Below, in pieces: positions 18,388 through 47,476 of a stretch of DNA of 64,000 nt. A program made the position numbers and the translations under genes. The notes under the pieces are model-generated. The model was not told the DNA's origin and searched no databases. It saw only the letters and a list, made by a program, of their open reading frames with translations. Each line of letters opens with the position of its first letter. Within the stretch, counting starts at the first letter, position 1. The DNA comes from Macrostomum lignano (lineage: Eukaryota): assembly GCA_002269645.1 (NCBI GenBank), contig NIVC01001149.1, forward strand, positions 124,001 to 188,000, written 5' to 3'.

Positions 18388-20070
18388 AACGAACCTTGTC
18401 AGTGCACTTTTTGAGGCTGACTCTCTCAGCTTGGCTTGCAATGTGTTTCACTTGAACTGGAAGCTTTAGCTATATTTGAATTTGGACTTGCTCATTAAGA
18501 CTTGTGCCCTGTACGGGCCTATAGTTTCTTTTCATGTTGCCGTGGTTACCACAGTCTACTTGCTGACATTGTCTTTTTGTCATACAATTTTTTACTGTTG
18601 GTTTTCTTTGAAGAAAAATTCCAACTCAAATTTATGTTCTATGAACTTTTCATATATGCCGCAGTTAATTTCACACTGAGCTTTCATAGCAATAAAAAAA
18701 GAAATATTTTTGGTGGCTATTGGCTTGTACAATTAAGATGAAAAATGGCACCAGGTAGCGAGAATGTGAGTGCGAGTGTGAATGGTATATGAATGCCAGC
18801 TATCTTAGAGCCTTTATTCGTCTTTAAGCCCCACTGTGACTCTGCTCCTATTTTTAGACACATTTATTTACAGGTCATCGCTACTGTTTTTGTTTTTGTT
18901 ATCTGCTGAGTCACAAAAGTATTCAAAAAACACGTGATGAACTCAAGCGAGGAGGCCATTGCGCACAGGTGCCACCACCAGGAAGGCGTAGCAGCCAATT
19001 TGATATACAAACTATACCATGGAATGGAGCGTTAACTAACTTGCTTTTTTCATTTTTACTCCAGCTGCTCCGTTTTGTTACGATTCTTCCAACTCGAACG
19101 TACTGAAACGCGTTGCTTTACCTCTGCTCGGGGATCGGAAATCGGGGGTATTGCAACAGTGTACGCCCTTCATTGTCTTTACGCTTTTCTTTCACTCAAC
19201 GTTTAGCTATAGCCCTCTCGACCAACGTGCACGTCGGCTGTGACAATATACTTGTTGAAAGTCCATTGAGTTCATTGAAAGTCAGAGTTTCAAGGCAACG
19301 GACTTTGGCACGAGCGGCGATAAGATGCGTGTTACACCACGAGTCTCAGAGAATGAAACTGTAAGCTTGGAAGAGATGACAGTTTGAGATTATTCTGAAG
19401 ATGCAGCCATTTTCATAATTCAGGTTACAGCTCTTGTCATCAGTTTTCAATAAGCTAAAACAGCCAGAAACTGTCAAAATCCTTCACAGAGATACAAACA
19501 GCTTACTTTTAAGAAGACGAACAGCAAAGGTTTGACTCTGAGCTTATTGTAAACACCAGAAATTTGCGGCAGAACCACTGCTGCACCGACAGTGAGGCTT
19601 TTCCGGTGGGCCACTGCAAGCAGCCAGGCTGTGTTTGGCACCCGACTTGTTCGTTGTGTTTTGCAGAGCACTGCTGATCTCTATCTGGTAGCGCCAGCTT
19701 CGGATCTTTATTTATAGCGTCAACTGTGAACTGTGAACTGTTAATTCAAAATGTAAACAGTATAGACCAAGTATTGGGTTACTGGGTCATATGAAAATTC
19801 CATTTTACTTACAATCAACCTTGGGACGATAATTGCATAAATAAGCTACATAAGAAACAAAAAAGTAAATCTCAAAGCTCGTTTTCGGGTGATGCAGTTG
19901 CGTCGAGTCGATACGAGCCGACGTTGGAGACCGCCTGCCGACTCGTCAGTGATGCTGTCCCAATCCAGTAGCCATTCGCTCTTAGTTAGAGGAACCTCCA
20001 GCAGCAAAGCGATCACAGCCATTACTTTTAACTTACCATTGGGTTCCTTGATTACCTGAACATAGAGTAT

Positions 20071-20337
20071 TGTGGCGGACAAGTGCAAGCACACCTGAAG
20101 ACGGCCGTTTAGATGCCCTCGCGCTCCCTGCTCATCACGCCGCGTCTATGCGCCACCAACCCCGGAGATTAGGGGTGGGGGTTCGCCCACCCAGCCTGAG
20201 CTACGTGGGGGTTGGGGTTGACTGACTAACTAGCGCGTTGGCCTATTTAACCTGATTGTGCGCAGACGCTTGTAAGAACCTTTTGCTCTCCGCAAATACA
20301 ATTTCAAGTCTGCACGCAGTAGCTACTGCCCGCTTCA
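20071..20337 (+). repeat. 5' LTR (267 bp)
   Basis: TGTGG...CTTCA; no mismatch seen against 23851-24117; TATA-like CCTATTTAA at about 20242. Confidence 0.97.
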
Positions 20338-20338
20338 T

Positions 20339-20351
20339 TGGTGAGCCCGAC
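20339..20351 (+). other. primer binding site, tRNA-Trp-like
   Basis: TGGTGAGCCCGAC one base after the LTR; matches 12 of 13 nt of the complement of the metazoan tRNA-Trp 3' end (TGGTGACCCCGAC). Confidence 0.7.
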
Positions 20352-20373
20352 AACCCGCCATTTCGTCTAACAC

Positions 20374-21078
20374 ATGGCGCCACCCACTGAGTCAACTGTT
20401 GCACTCAAGCTGCCCACGTTTTGGGCCATGCAGCCACGCGCGTGGTTCATCCAGGCAGAGGCCCAGTTCCAGCTGCGCGGCATCACCCAGGACGACACCA
20501 AGTATCACCACTTGGTCGCCTCGCTTGATCAACAAACCGCCGAGCGCCTGCTGGACGTTCTGGAAAGCCCTCCGAGCGAGGACAAATACGGCAAACTGAA
20601 AGGGCGCCTGCTCGGCACTTTCAGTCTCACCCGGCAGCAGCGAGCTAGCCGTTTGCTCAGCATGTCCGGCCTGGGAGATCGCCGGCCGTCCGAGATGATG
20701 GACGAGATGCTGGCCCTGCTTGGTGATCACCGGCCTTGCCTGCTCTTTGAGGAGCTGTTCCGCCAGCAGCTGCCCGTGGACATCCGGATGGCGCTCGCAT
20801 CCGCCGACTTCGAAGACCCCCGGGCAGTCGCGCAGCTCGCCGACCAGCTCTGGGCCAGCCGGCCCCAGCCAGTGGCCGCTTCCGCCCAGTTGGCAGGTCC
20901 GCCGGAGGTTTGCGCTGCGCGTCAGGCTGCGCGTCCCCGCACCACGTCGCCCCGGCCTGGGCACCGCGGCACCCGCGCCCAGGAGCTGTGCTACTTCCAC
21001 CGCAAGTTCGGCGCGACGGCTAGGCAATGCGAGCAGCCCTGCAGCTTTCCGGGAAACGGGCCGGCCGGCCGCCAGTGA
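20374..21078 (+). CDS. Gag protein of Gypsy element 2 (234 aa)
   Basis: ATG-initiated; KLPTFW...[17 protein letters not shown] motif typical of this Gypsy gag family; C-terminal [16 protein letters not shown] Cys/His motif. Confidence 0.9.
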   Translation: MAPPTESTVALKLPTFWAMQPRAWFIQAEAQFQLRGITQDDTKYHHLVASLDQQTAERLLDVLESPPSEDKYGKLKGRLLGTFSLTRQQRASRLLSMSGLGDRRPSEMMDEMLALLGDHRPCLLFEELFRQQLPVDIRMALASADFEDPRAVAQLADQLWASRPQPVAASAQLAGPPEVCAARQAARPRTTSPRPGHRGTRAQELCYFHRKFGATARQCEQPCSFPGNGPAGRQ

Positions 21079-21095
21079 CCATCGCGGCGGCCGGC
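21051..21095 (+). promoter_or_regulatory. -1 programmed ribosomal frameshift signal (G GGA AAC + 6-nt spacer + GC stem-loop)
   Basis: Heptamer 21051-21057 is in gag phase; pol is in the -1 frame; GCCGGCCGCC (21064-21073) pairs perfectly with GGCGGCCGGC (21086-21095). Confidence 0.85.
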
Positions 21096-23878
21096 AACCT
21101 GCTGCTCATCCCCGACGTCCCATCCGGCCGGCGGTTCCTGGTGGACACAGGCGCCGAGGTAAGCATTTTCCCAGCCTCTGCAGATGATGCCCGCGCCCGT
21201 TCACCTGGCCCGCCGCTGTTCGCCGCGAACGGCACCCGCATCCGAACCTTCGGCGGCCGCAGCATCACACTGGACGTCGGCCTGAAGACCTGCACCTGGC
21301 CATTCGTGTTGGCTGAGGTCTCCCGGCCGTTGATCGGCGCCGACTTCCTGCGCCACCACGGCCTGCTGGTGGACCTGCCCAACCGCCGCCTTCTGGACGC
21401 CGCCTCCCTGGCCAGTGTGCAATTGCTGGCTGGCTCCGGTTCTGCGCCTCAGCTCGCCGCCGCGGTTGCCAGGGACCCGTACAGCCGGTTGCTGGCGGAG
21501 TTCCCCAGCATCACGGAGCCCAGTTTCAGCAAAGCCACGCCGCGGCACGGCGTGGAGCACTACATCCCGACGACGGGCCCGCCGGTGCACGCTAGAGCGC
21601 GCCGCCTGCCGCCCGACAAGCTGGCCGCGGCCAAGGAAGAGTTTCGCAACCTGGAGCAGCTCGGCATTGTGCGGCGGTCCAGCAGCCCCTGGTCCTCGCC
21701 GCTGCACATGGTGCCCAAGACTTCCGGCGGTTGGCTGCCCTGTGGCGATTTCCGGCGGCTCAATGACGCCACGGTGCCCGACCGCTACCCCGTGCCGCAT
21801 ATCCAGGATTTCTCAGCGCGCCTGAGCGGCTGCACAGTGTTCTCGAAGATCGACCTGGTGCGGGGCTACCACCAGATCCCGGTCGCGCAAACGGACATCC
21901 CGAAGACCGCCGTCATTACACCGTTTGGGTTGTTTGAGTTCCTCCGCATGCCGTTCGGGTTGAAAAATGCGGCACAGGCCTTCCAGCGGTTAGTAGATTC
22001 TATCTGCCAGGACCTGCCGGCCGTCTTCGCGTACATCGACGATTTCCTGGTCGCCAGCAGCAGCCCCGAGCAGCACGAGGAGCACCTGCGGAAGCTGTTC
22101 CAGCGCCTCGCCGACAACGGCCTGTTGCTCAACCCAGCCAAGTGCCAGTTTGGCCGCAGCGAGATCGATTTCCTCGGCCACAGGATCAGCGCTGCGGGCG
22201 CCATGCCGCTGCCGGACAAGGTCGACGCAGTCCTCGAGCAGCGTGTCGGCCCCGCCTGGCAGCCGCTCGCATTCTTCAGCCGGCAGTTGCGACCTGCGGA
22301 GGTAAAGTACAGTGCCTTCGACCGCGAGCTCCTGGCACTGTACCTAGCGGTCCGCCACTTCCGTTACCTCCTTGAGGGGCGCCACTTCACAGCCTACACG
22401 GACCACAAGCCGTTGGCCGCCGCCATGGCCAAGCTGTCCGACCCGTGGTCCGCTCGGCAGCAGCGGCACCTGGCGTACGTGAGCGAATTCACCACGGACG
22501 TCCAGCACATCGCCGGCAAAAACAATCCGGTGGCCGACGCGCTGTCCCGCTGCACCGTGGCCAGCGTGCTACCCGGCATCGATTTTGCAGCGATGTCGCA
22601 GGCCCAGCATGCCCCGACCGAGTTGCCGCCGCCCGGCTCCGGCCTCCGACTGGAGCGCGTGACCCTCCGCCCAGGCCTGGAGCTGCTCTGCGACGTCTCC
22701 ACCGGCCATCCCCGCCCGCTGGTGCCGCCCGAATTTCGACGGCCGGTGTTCGACGCCATCCACGGCCTTGCGCACCCATCAATCCGCAGCTCCCGCCGCC
22801 TCGTTGCAGACCGTTTCGTCTGGCCCGGCCTCAACCGCGACGTCGGCCGTTGGGCTCGCAGCTGCCTCGCCTGCCAGACGACTAAGGTCCAGCAGCATGT
22901 TGTCAGCCCGCCAGACAGCATCCCGGTTCCCCGCGACCGCTTCGCGCACGTGCACATCGACCTGGTGGGCCCGCTTCCGCACTCTCAAGGGTGCTCGCAC
23001 CTGCTGACCGTTGTCGACCGGTTCACGCGTTGGCCGGAAGCAATTCCGTTGGCAGACACGTCCGCCGCTACCTGTGCGGCCGCATTCATCGCGCACTGGA
23101 TTGCCCGTTTCGGTGTGCCAAGCGACCTCACGTCAGACCGCGGCCCGCAGTTCACCTCGGAGCTGTGGTCCAACGTGTCCCGCTTGCTTGGCACGCAGCT
23201 GCACCAGACGACGGCCTTCCACCCACAGGCCAACGGGCTTGTGGAGCGGTTCCACCGGCAGCTCAAGGCTTCCCTGATGGCGCGGCTGACGGGGCCGTCC
23301 TGGACTGCCGAGCTGCCCTGGGTGTTGCTCGGCATCCGCACCGCTCCCAAGGAGGATCTCGGCACGTCATCGGCGGAGTTGGTGTACGGAGTCCCACTGG
23401 CGGTGCCGGGCGAGTGTCTGCAGACCAGCTCGCCTACGGGCCATGACGGGTTCCTCGCGCGCCTGCGCCAGGCCGTGCAGGCTTTCCGCCCGCCACCGAC
23501 CTCCCAGCATGGCCGCCGCCCCACGTCTTCGTCCGCCGCGACGGGCACCGACCGGCGCTGCAACCGCCTTATCTAGGTCCCTTCAAAGTGCTGGAGCGCG
23601 GCGCTAAGGCTTTCCTCCTCGACCTCGTCACTAGGCGGGACTTCGTGTCGGTGGACCGGCTCAAGCCAGCGGCGCTTGACCCTGCGAGCCCGGTTTCGAC
23701 GCCTCAAATTCGGCCAAGGGGGCGCCCACCGCGTGAGCCCACCGTCCCGGGCGCCGCGACGGCCGAACCGCTGCGCCGCCGCCCGCCGCGGCGCCGCCAG
23801 CCACGCCGCCGTTGCCGTCGAGTACCGGAGGCCACCGCTGGGGGGAGCCGTGTGGCGGACAAGTGCAAGCACACCTGA
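21057..23878 (+). pseudogene. Pol of Gypsy element 2 with an in-frame RT-thumb/RNase H deletion and a frameshifted integrase C-terminus
   Basis: Protease [12 protein letters not shown] ([21 protein letters not shown]), integrase ([26 protein letters not shown]). Sequence jumps from LPDKVDA straight to VLEQ (about 22230), lacking the thumb and the RNase H DAS motif. The HVFVR...QPPYLGPF...VSVDRLKPA tail is in another frame from about 23520. Confidence 0.85.
23840..23850 (+). other. polypurine tract of Gypsy element 2
   Basis: GGGGGGAG(CCG) directly before the 3' LTR. Confidence 0.75.
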
Positions 23879-24117
23879 AGACGGCCGTTTAGATGCCCTC
23901 GCGCTCCCTGCTCATCACGCCGCGTCTATGCGCCACCAACCCCGGAGATTAGGGGTGGGGGTTCGCCCACCCAGCCTGAGCTACGTGGGGGTTGGGGTTG
24001 ACTGACTAACTAGCGCGTTGGCCTATTTAACCTGATTGTGCGCAGACGCTTGTAAGAACCTTTTGCTCTCCGCAAATACAATTTCAAGTCTGCACGCAGT
24101 AGCTACTGCCCGCTTCA
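23851..24117 (+). repeat. 3' LTR (267 bp)
   Basis: Identical to the 5' LTR at an offset of 3780; followed by TSD GTAT. Confidence 0.97.
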
Positions 24118-26559
24118 GTATGCTATTTATTCACATAGAGATTTTGATATGGCCAGTAGGAATTTTCCGTTGTGTCTCAGTGAACTCATTCACTTTATCT
24201 GGTTTTGACAGTTTCGCAGCATCGCTATAATTGAAAACTATTGGCAATTTCAAGCTTAGTCCCGTATATCAGGCATGGAATCAATTAAGAAATGACATTT
24301 GATTGGTTTTCGAATTCCAGAACCGCCGCAAAAATAGCAGAACATAGCGTGCCTTCCTAGATGAAACTCCAAACAATGTTGTTTATTCTATCGATTTTTT
24401 AAGTATGATTATTCAAATTCTCATTTCTGAAGCTGATTTGGTGCTCAGGTCGCTGTACTTGTTTGCTCAATCGAAAGGATATTTATCCACATATGTTGCA
24501 CCACGTAGAATTTTCACAAAGTCAGTGTGATACAAGCACAGTAAGTAAGCAATCATACAAGAGTTGTACAGTCTCGCAAAACGCTCAGAAGTTTTTCCCA
24601 AAAAGAGCATCTCGGCTTCCTGTGCATCACCGGACCAAGACCGGGTGTTGCAGTTTAAAATATATTTCAGAACCCTGGCAACCCTGGCAGAAAGTCTTCG
24701 TTGTTTGCTATTGCACCATGTCTAAACTAAAGTCTAAAGCCTTCATCAAGTTGACATCTTTGTTGTGTAGAATTTGTGGCTGCACCGAAATTCAGATGCT
24801 GCCACGAAGAAAAACATCATCCAGTGATTGTCGCCATCTTGGATCTCGCAGAAGTGGCTCAGCTCGTGTCTTCGATGACTCGTTGATTTCCAGAAGGACT
24901 TGAAAGCTTCAGTAGCAACTTGATCTGAAGCCAGACCGACAAAGTTGATGAGGTTCGGCTTGGAGTTGTTGTGCAGCGGTGGCGCCAGAGCAGTTAGCGG
25001 GATATGTATGAATTCCCCAACACTGCTAATGTTATAAACTTGCGAACTGATGGGTTTCAGTTTCACTGGGGCCAGATTAAACATATAGAATGAGCGGTAC
25101 TTTTTGCAAAACCTGTAGACATTCGCTCTCCAATGTGCGATTCTCGATAGAGTACAGAGCGCACCAAAACCAACCTGGTGAGTTGATTCGTTCAGCTTCA
25201 TTTCGCGATGCTCTCTCAGAATGGGCTTGTAAATTTTCTGAAGGTTTAGAAGCAAACCGGAACTAGAACCATGTTGGAACTAGAGCTATTATCGAGCCGT
25301 TCGGGAGTTGGCAAAACAGGTGTATGGCACATCAAGCTAAAGAGCCGTGCATGGCTTGATTGTGGAACTTCCAAATAGTGAGTAGAACTTCCTTCAGTTT
25401 TAGGTTCCTTCTAGTTTGTTTCTGTTTGAGATTCTGGAAACGTTGAGTTACCTGTCGTTCAACAGACAGGTCCCCTCTAGAAACTTGCAAAAATTATCGA
25501 ACATTTTGCGCGTATTGCCACTTGGAAAAACGTTAACTTTCGTAGCTAACCTAGCTACTTAGCTTGTCTCATATGAGTAGTATAGAAGGAAGTCGAGGCA
25601 GCAGAAAAAGACATTTTTACAGAGATTATTTCAAACTTGCAGGAAAAGTTATAAATTATTAAAAATAGCTGTTAAGACGATATTATATGCTAAAATATCG
25701 CATTAGCTCGTAGGCAGTTTTTCATCATAGCTCACCTGTCTGACTCCAGTGGAATTTGATAGCGCTAAGCCCGTGCGATCGCATCAGTTAAATCCGGCTC
25801 ATTTTCTAGCTAGCTGAGTCAACTCTGCAGTCCCTGCAATTGTCTGAACATTTGCTTCATTAATAAAACAATATTATCTACCTACGGGCAGCCAGGGTTC
25901 TGCAGTCAGCATGTCTAGGCACATTCCATTTGTGTAATCCGTTAGCAACCAAGCACACAAGCTAAGGTCTTGCGTGACCGATGTGACCTCCGTCCGCGCC
26001 GGTCCAGCTGGCAGGCTTAACCCAGTTTTGCATAACCTGCCGCACTGAGCCTACCCAGACCGTCTGTCTGTCTGCCTGCCTGTCCGTCTGAAAGTTTTCT
26101 TTGTACAGCGTAAGGTTATTTAATTTCTAGTGAGCGACGCACTACTAGAGTGACCTGATGCTTTCAGCGCGCCCTGCTTTGAACTTTGCTTGTTCAAACG
26201 TGAGAAGGCTTAATTAGCGTGTATCAATGCGCGCAATGTCGGTCTAACCGAGATTGAATATGTAAAAGTACAATTATTTCTCAAGCCGCAAGGTCGGTAT
26301 GCTATCGTATAATTCATACTTTCTTGGTGAAACGTTTGTCTTGAAACCTATTTCCCTCCGTAGTTCTTTGAAGATTGGAAGACCATTTCGTGCAGATACT
26401 GGTACATGGTATTCATATTGTCACTATTAAAGATTTTTATGCTGTTGAGTACTATGTAAATTACTCTGAACTCTGAATTGTGATCTTGACCTACAAAATT
26501 TACGCTTTATTGTGAAATAAAAGAACTGTGATCCTTTACTGCCCCATTGAACGTGGTCC

Positions 26560-27160
26560 TCAGCCTCGTCGTTGTGCTTCAAAGCACAGGGAAATGTGGG
26601 CGGGCTAACGCTCCCGACTGCCGGCAATCCCGCGCGGCTGTCCCCTGTCCTTCGCTCGACCTCCGCATGCTGACTGCTTGGTCTCAACCGCAGGGACATC
26701 AGGGCGGTGACCATGGCCCTCTCGGCTCATGGCTGTTTTCCCAGGCATCGTCACCTCCAGGGGAAAATCCGCAGTGAGGAATGCCCATTCTACCTCTCCG
26801 GTGTCGAGAATGCGGAGCACTTTATGTGTGAATACCCCGCCTTTACTCAGGACAGGTTCACCTACCTCAGCCCAAGACCCCTCTCCGAAGTTTTCAGGCC
26901 CGAGAATTTCTGCCAGCTAGTCCGCTACCTAAGGGCTACCGGGCGAGCGACCATCCACCTCCTGGACTCTCCGGACGGGGGACCGCGCTGCGGACACCGG
27001 CACCACCGGAACTCCCAGCGCGACACCGCAGTACCAGCTGCCCCTGATCGCCAGGTGTTAGCGAAATGGATGGAAAAGCCTCCTTGCTGTATCCGGATGC
27101 CCGAAACCCGGCCGTGCAGCTATAGACCTATAACAGTGACTGTACATGGTGCACATTAAC
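26560..27160 (+). mobile_element. 5'-truncated, decayed non-LTR retrotransposon (R1/LOA/I-like) 3' end
   Basis: Reads W...DCRQSR..., then LLGLNRRDIRAVTMALSAHGCFPRHRHLQG...EECPFY..GVENAEHFMCEYPAF..DR, matching the L(T/S)GHG..L..H.....C..C....E...H..C.CP C-terminal zinc-knuckle region of LINE ORF2, with two Cys mutated to Tyr and frameshifts. Confidence 0.7.
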
Positions 27161-27899
27161 TGAAAAGCATCCTGGCACTTTCTTATAAGCAGCTATGCTG
27201 CAGCAGTGCTTCACAGAAGACACTTGACATGGAAACAGCATAAATCGAAGCTTTTGGGAAGCAAAAGAGATAAAAAACAGAGCGGTCAGTTTCCACAGTC
27301 TCGCAGAGAATCCTAAATTGAGCTCGCGGACTCGAAAGGTCGGCAAGAGCCGAAATCTTCGACTTGAGCCACTTAAACACGAGCCCTGCAACTAAAGACT
27401 TCCGTCACCTCTTCAGTTGGCCAGCACTGCCGCTCCGGAGCGTGAAGTGGCTTGCTGAAACGGGTAAGAAGGCTTTGAAGGTTGCAGAAAGTTTCGGCGT
27501 ACGTGTGACGTTTATATCAGTACTAAGGGTACGAACCGGTGTTTATCTTAACTATGAGCTAACTTTAAAGCTGTGATGCTACTTTGAGTAAAAAATTAAG
27601 TCTGCGACATAAAAACGTTGGCCGCTATTACTTTTAATAGTGATTGAGAGTTCAGGATTTCATTTCCAAAGTCTTCAACTGCCTGAGCTCTCTGATTGGC
27701 TGAGGCCTCTGAATGTTTAGACCGACCAAATCCAGTGTATTAATACAAAAGAATCACCTACTGCTGGACCCGCGATTGACGAATTCAAGCGCCCATCTTT
27801 CTAAGGAAAATTCTCATACCTCATCATCAAATCACTCGAAAGGAAGTGAATCGACAATTGTTAAAGACTTTTCCAGCAGATCCACACGCTGCTGTCTTG

Positions 27900-44778
<16,879 letters not shown>

Positions 44779-45103
44779 GCTCACTGTCGAATTGACTAGC
44801 GGTGTTGTTTTCGTTCTTTTTTAAACCTCTGTTTACCTGCTACATGCTCACTGTAATTACGATGCATTTCAAATAGCAAAACACAAAACCCGATACTAAC
44901 CTCACGACTGACCACTTGCTTCTCTTGCTTGTTGCCGGAATTCAGTAATCACTGCACAACATACGCATAACTGGATGTATAGCTGCTTCTGATTGTTGTA
45001 GATTTTATCACTAATAAGGTGGTATAAATGTTGATCATTCTAATGGAACTTATTGTCTTTGTGCATATGTATCCGTATCTATGTATTTTAACCTGCACTC
45101 GTA

Positions 45104-45120
45104 AACATATATATACATAT

Positions 45121-45152
<32 letters not shown>
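45104..45152. repeat. AT/ATAC microsatellite
   Basis: Directly visible. Confidence 0.85.
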
Positions 45153-45153
<1 letters not shown>

Positions 45154-45892
45154 GCCATACATAGTTGACCAGATATATCGGAGTTATATAAGATGTACTC
45201 CTTCTTTTTATGCTTTTACAGTGATGGCGGAGCTGAAGACCATCTGAACATCTGGCATAGCACAGCAAGGAACTTTGCAGCGTATTTTAAGACTTGCTAC
45301 TGTCTCAGCTTCATTATTTAAAGCTAATTTGAAACAGACAATTACAGACAAGGGGGAAATTATTTGAGGATTCAAACTTTTCATAATAAAGGTGTGTTAA
45401 TCCCCCAAAATTCAGGCTTCAGTTATGAGCTCACAATACAATGAAACTACAAATCGACAGCTGTACGAGCTGACGCACTTTCACCTTTTAAAAATTTAAA
45501 AAATTAAACCGTAATGCGTAAAACCAGTAAAACAAAAATCTGGCAAATTTCTGCTGGGGCGTAAAAAAGTGAAGCCGAGTTGCAAAGTGCCATTTTCAAA
45601 TTTTCCCTTCATTTTTATCGACTGAAATAACTGTGAAAAGGTTTCCAGCAGTAAAGTATTCTGTTTGCAATTGTCAGATCTAAAGCATCAGTCGAACTTC
45701 TCGAAGAGACACGAATGCAGAATCGATTGACCAGACCATAGTTGCTATGTGTCTCCTCACTTAAAGGAAAAGTTCCGTTGAGGTGCTTGTTATGGCAATT
45801 ATTATAACCACCAGCCTTCTTTCCCCCAAAGTGTGGAGTAGGAACAATCCGCATCCGACATTTAAAAATTCATTCCTTTATGAGACAGTCAT

Positions 45893-46073
45893 GTGTCAGG
45901 ACTAAAGCTGGACCTGTCCCTCAGCATCTCTCGGTACGTCATCCGATACCCAGTGCTGGCGTCTCCAACCCGGAACCCCGCGTACTCCGCATGCAGCTCA
46001 GAGCCGTTCCACAGCTTCATCTCCACTCTGAGGGTGGCGCCGCCCTGGCTGAGCGAGTGGATGGCGGAGAGAC
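45893..46073 (-). pseudogene. truncated third copy of the fibrinogen-domain exon (copy C)
   Basis: LSAIHSLSQGGATLRVEMKLWNGSELHAEYAGFRVGDASTGYRMTYREML is near-identical to 52384-52210, then homology stops. The adjacent intron (to about 46350) resembles intron sequence of copy B. Confidence 0.8.
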
Positions 46074-47476
46074 CTGCGGGAGGAGAGCGGCTGAGTCTGA
46101 GTCACTTCTGCTCGGCTTGTCGCCGCTGCTGTCAGGTGATTCGCAATGAAAATATTTTAACGCATCATAGCAGATGGTGCAGATAAAATTAGATTGATTT
46201 TGAGTTTGTCTTGTGTAGGCAATCTAAATTAATGCTAAAGCAGAATTAAAGCAGAATGAATTCTGCTTATGCAACTCACTTGAAAGCTGGCAGTGTTTCA
46301 GTTGGATAGCTTTTTGGCCTCCTCTACTCAGACTGCCAATCTTCCTCCAAGATGGGTTCTCAATTTGAATAGGACTAAGATAAGTTGAGCGGATTATCAT
46401 AGCTAGGATGTTATGCGAGGATAAATGGAAAATGTGAGATACTTGTGACTTTATTAAGAATCCTCTCATCGCAGTAAAATAAAACAATTTCTTACCTACA
46501 CCGTTTTTCAGGTGTACACTGCAGTGACACTCCCTATGTGATCGCTCTTTCTCCTTCTCTCTCTTCCTTGACAACAAGAAAAAGATATTAATTTCATCTG
46601 AAGTATCCATAGAAATGGAAATACTTCGTACCTTTAGAAATAGAAAATGAATATTTCTGGTAAAAATGCCCTGCTGAGTTGATTCCAAGCATTACTTGAG
46701 CAACTGGGAAATCTTTTAGAATTTCATACTCAAAGGAATTGAATGTTTCTGCTTATTCATTCATCTCATTACACCTGAATTTATTGTCACGCTTGCTAAA
46801 TGGCCAATCAATTTGTCAGTTTTCCTGGGGCACGAGTAAAAAGCGGAAGTGCAGCATCCCAGACCGCATCACCCCACCAGCCAGCCAACCGACCCGGCAC
46901 TTAAAACGCCCTTGACACCAACATAGTGTCATTGGTGTAAAAAACTTCTAGAGAACTATATGCGCGCTGACGAACCATGTCCAAACGCCTTGTTCCTACC
47001 GATGAGATGACACTCACTCCGAACCTCTGACTCTCACTTGCTCACATACCAGCATCTTCATTAACCCAGCAGCAGCTCTCAGCGAATCTGCGGATCTTCA
47101 CCATCAACTGCGAACACGCTCTCTGTTCTTGTGACACCTCCGATGAGTCCGTCTGCAGATCCATGCCTGGAGCTAATTGACATTTGTTTCTCGCAACTCG
47201 TAACTCAGCCTTTAACCATGTAACTCCTTTCTTAGTGCTTACCTTAGTTTTTGAGTTTTCTGAGTTCTTGAGTGTTAAAACTTTGATATAACTGAGAATT
47301 GCAAACAGCATCTGTGTATTTGAACTTTTCAGTCAGTAAAACTCTTGCAATATTGAAGATTTCGAGAAGCAGTAGTAGTTTGTGGTTAATAATTTGCAGA
47401 AGCAAGGCAATTAGTCTCAGAGTATTTTAGCTAGTAATATAAATCCGATAAAAACTAGCTGCTCAATTTTTTATGC

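Larger units (their letters stand above)
20071..24117 (+). mobile_element. Full-length-bounded Ty3/Gypsy LTR retrotransposon, recent insertion, internally deleted
   Basis: Two identical 267-bp TG...CA LTRs, 4-bp TSD GTAT (20067-20070 and 24118-24121), PBS, gag, pol (PR-RT-RH-IN) and PPT. Confidence 0.97.

Noticed and set aside
20392-24005. Many antisense and alternate-frame ORFs inside Gypsy element 2
   Set aside because: Shadow ORFs expected in very GC-rich coding DNA; no independent motifs.
24463-25255. 146-aa and 169-aa ORFs after the LTR
   Set aside because: Non-ATG starts, no recognisable homology or exon chain; cannot be supported without a database search.
47042-47311. Candidate minus-strand exon with a phase-1 GTATGT donor that could join FReD fragment C
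   Set aside because: Phase fits, but there is no clear homology to the corresponding exon of copies A/B, and fragment C is truncated anyway.
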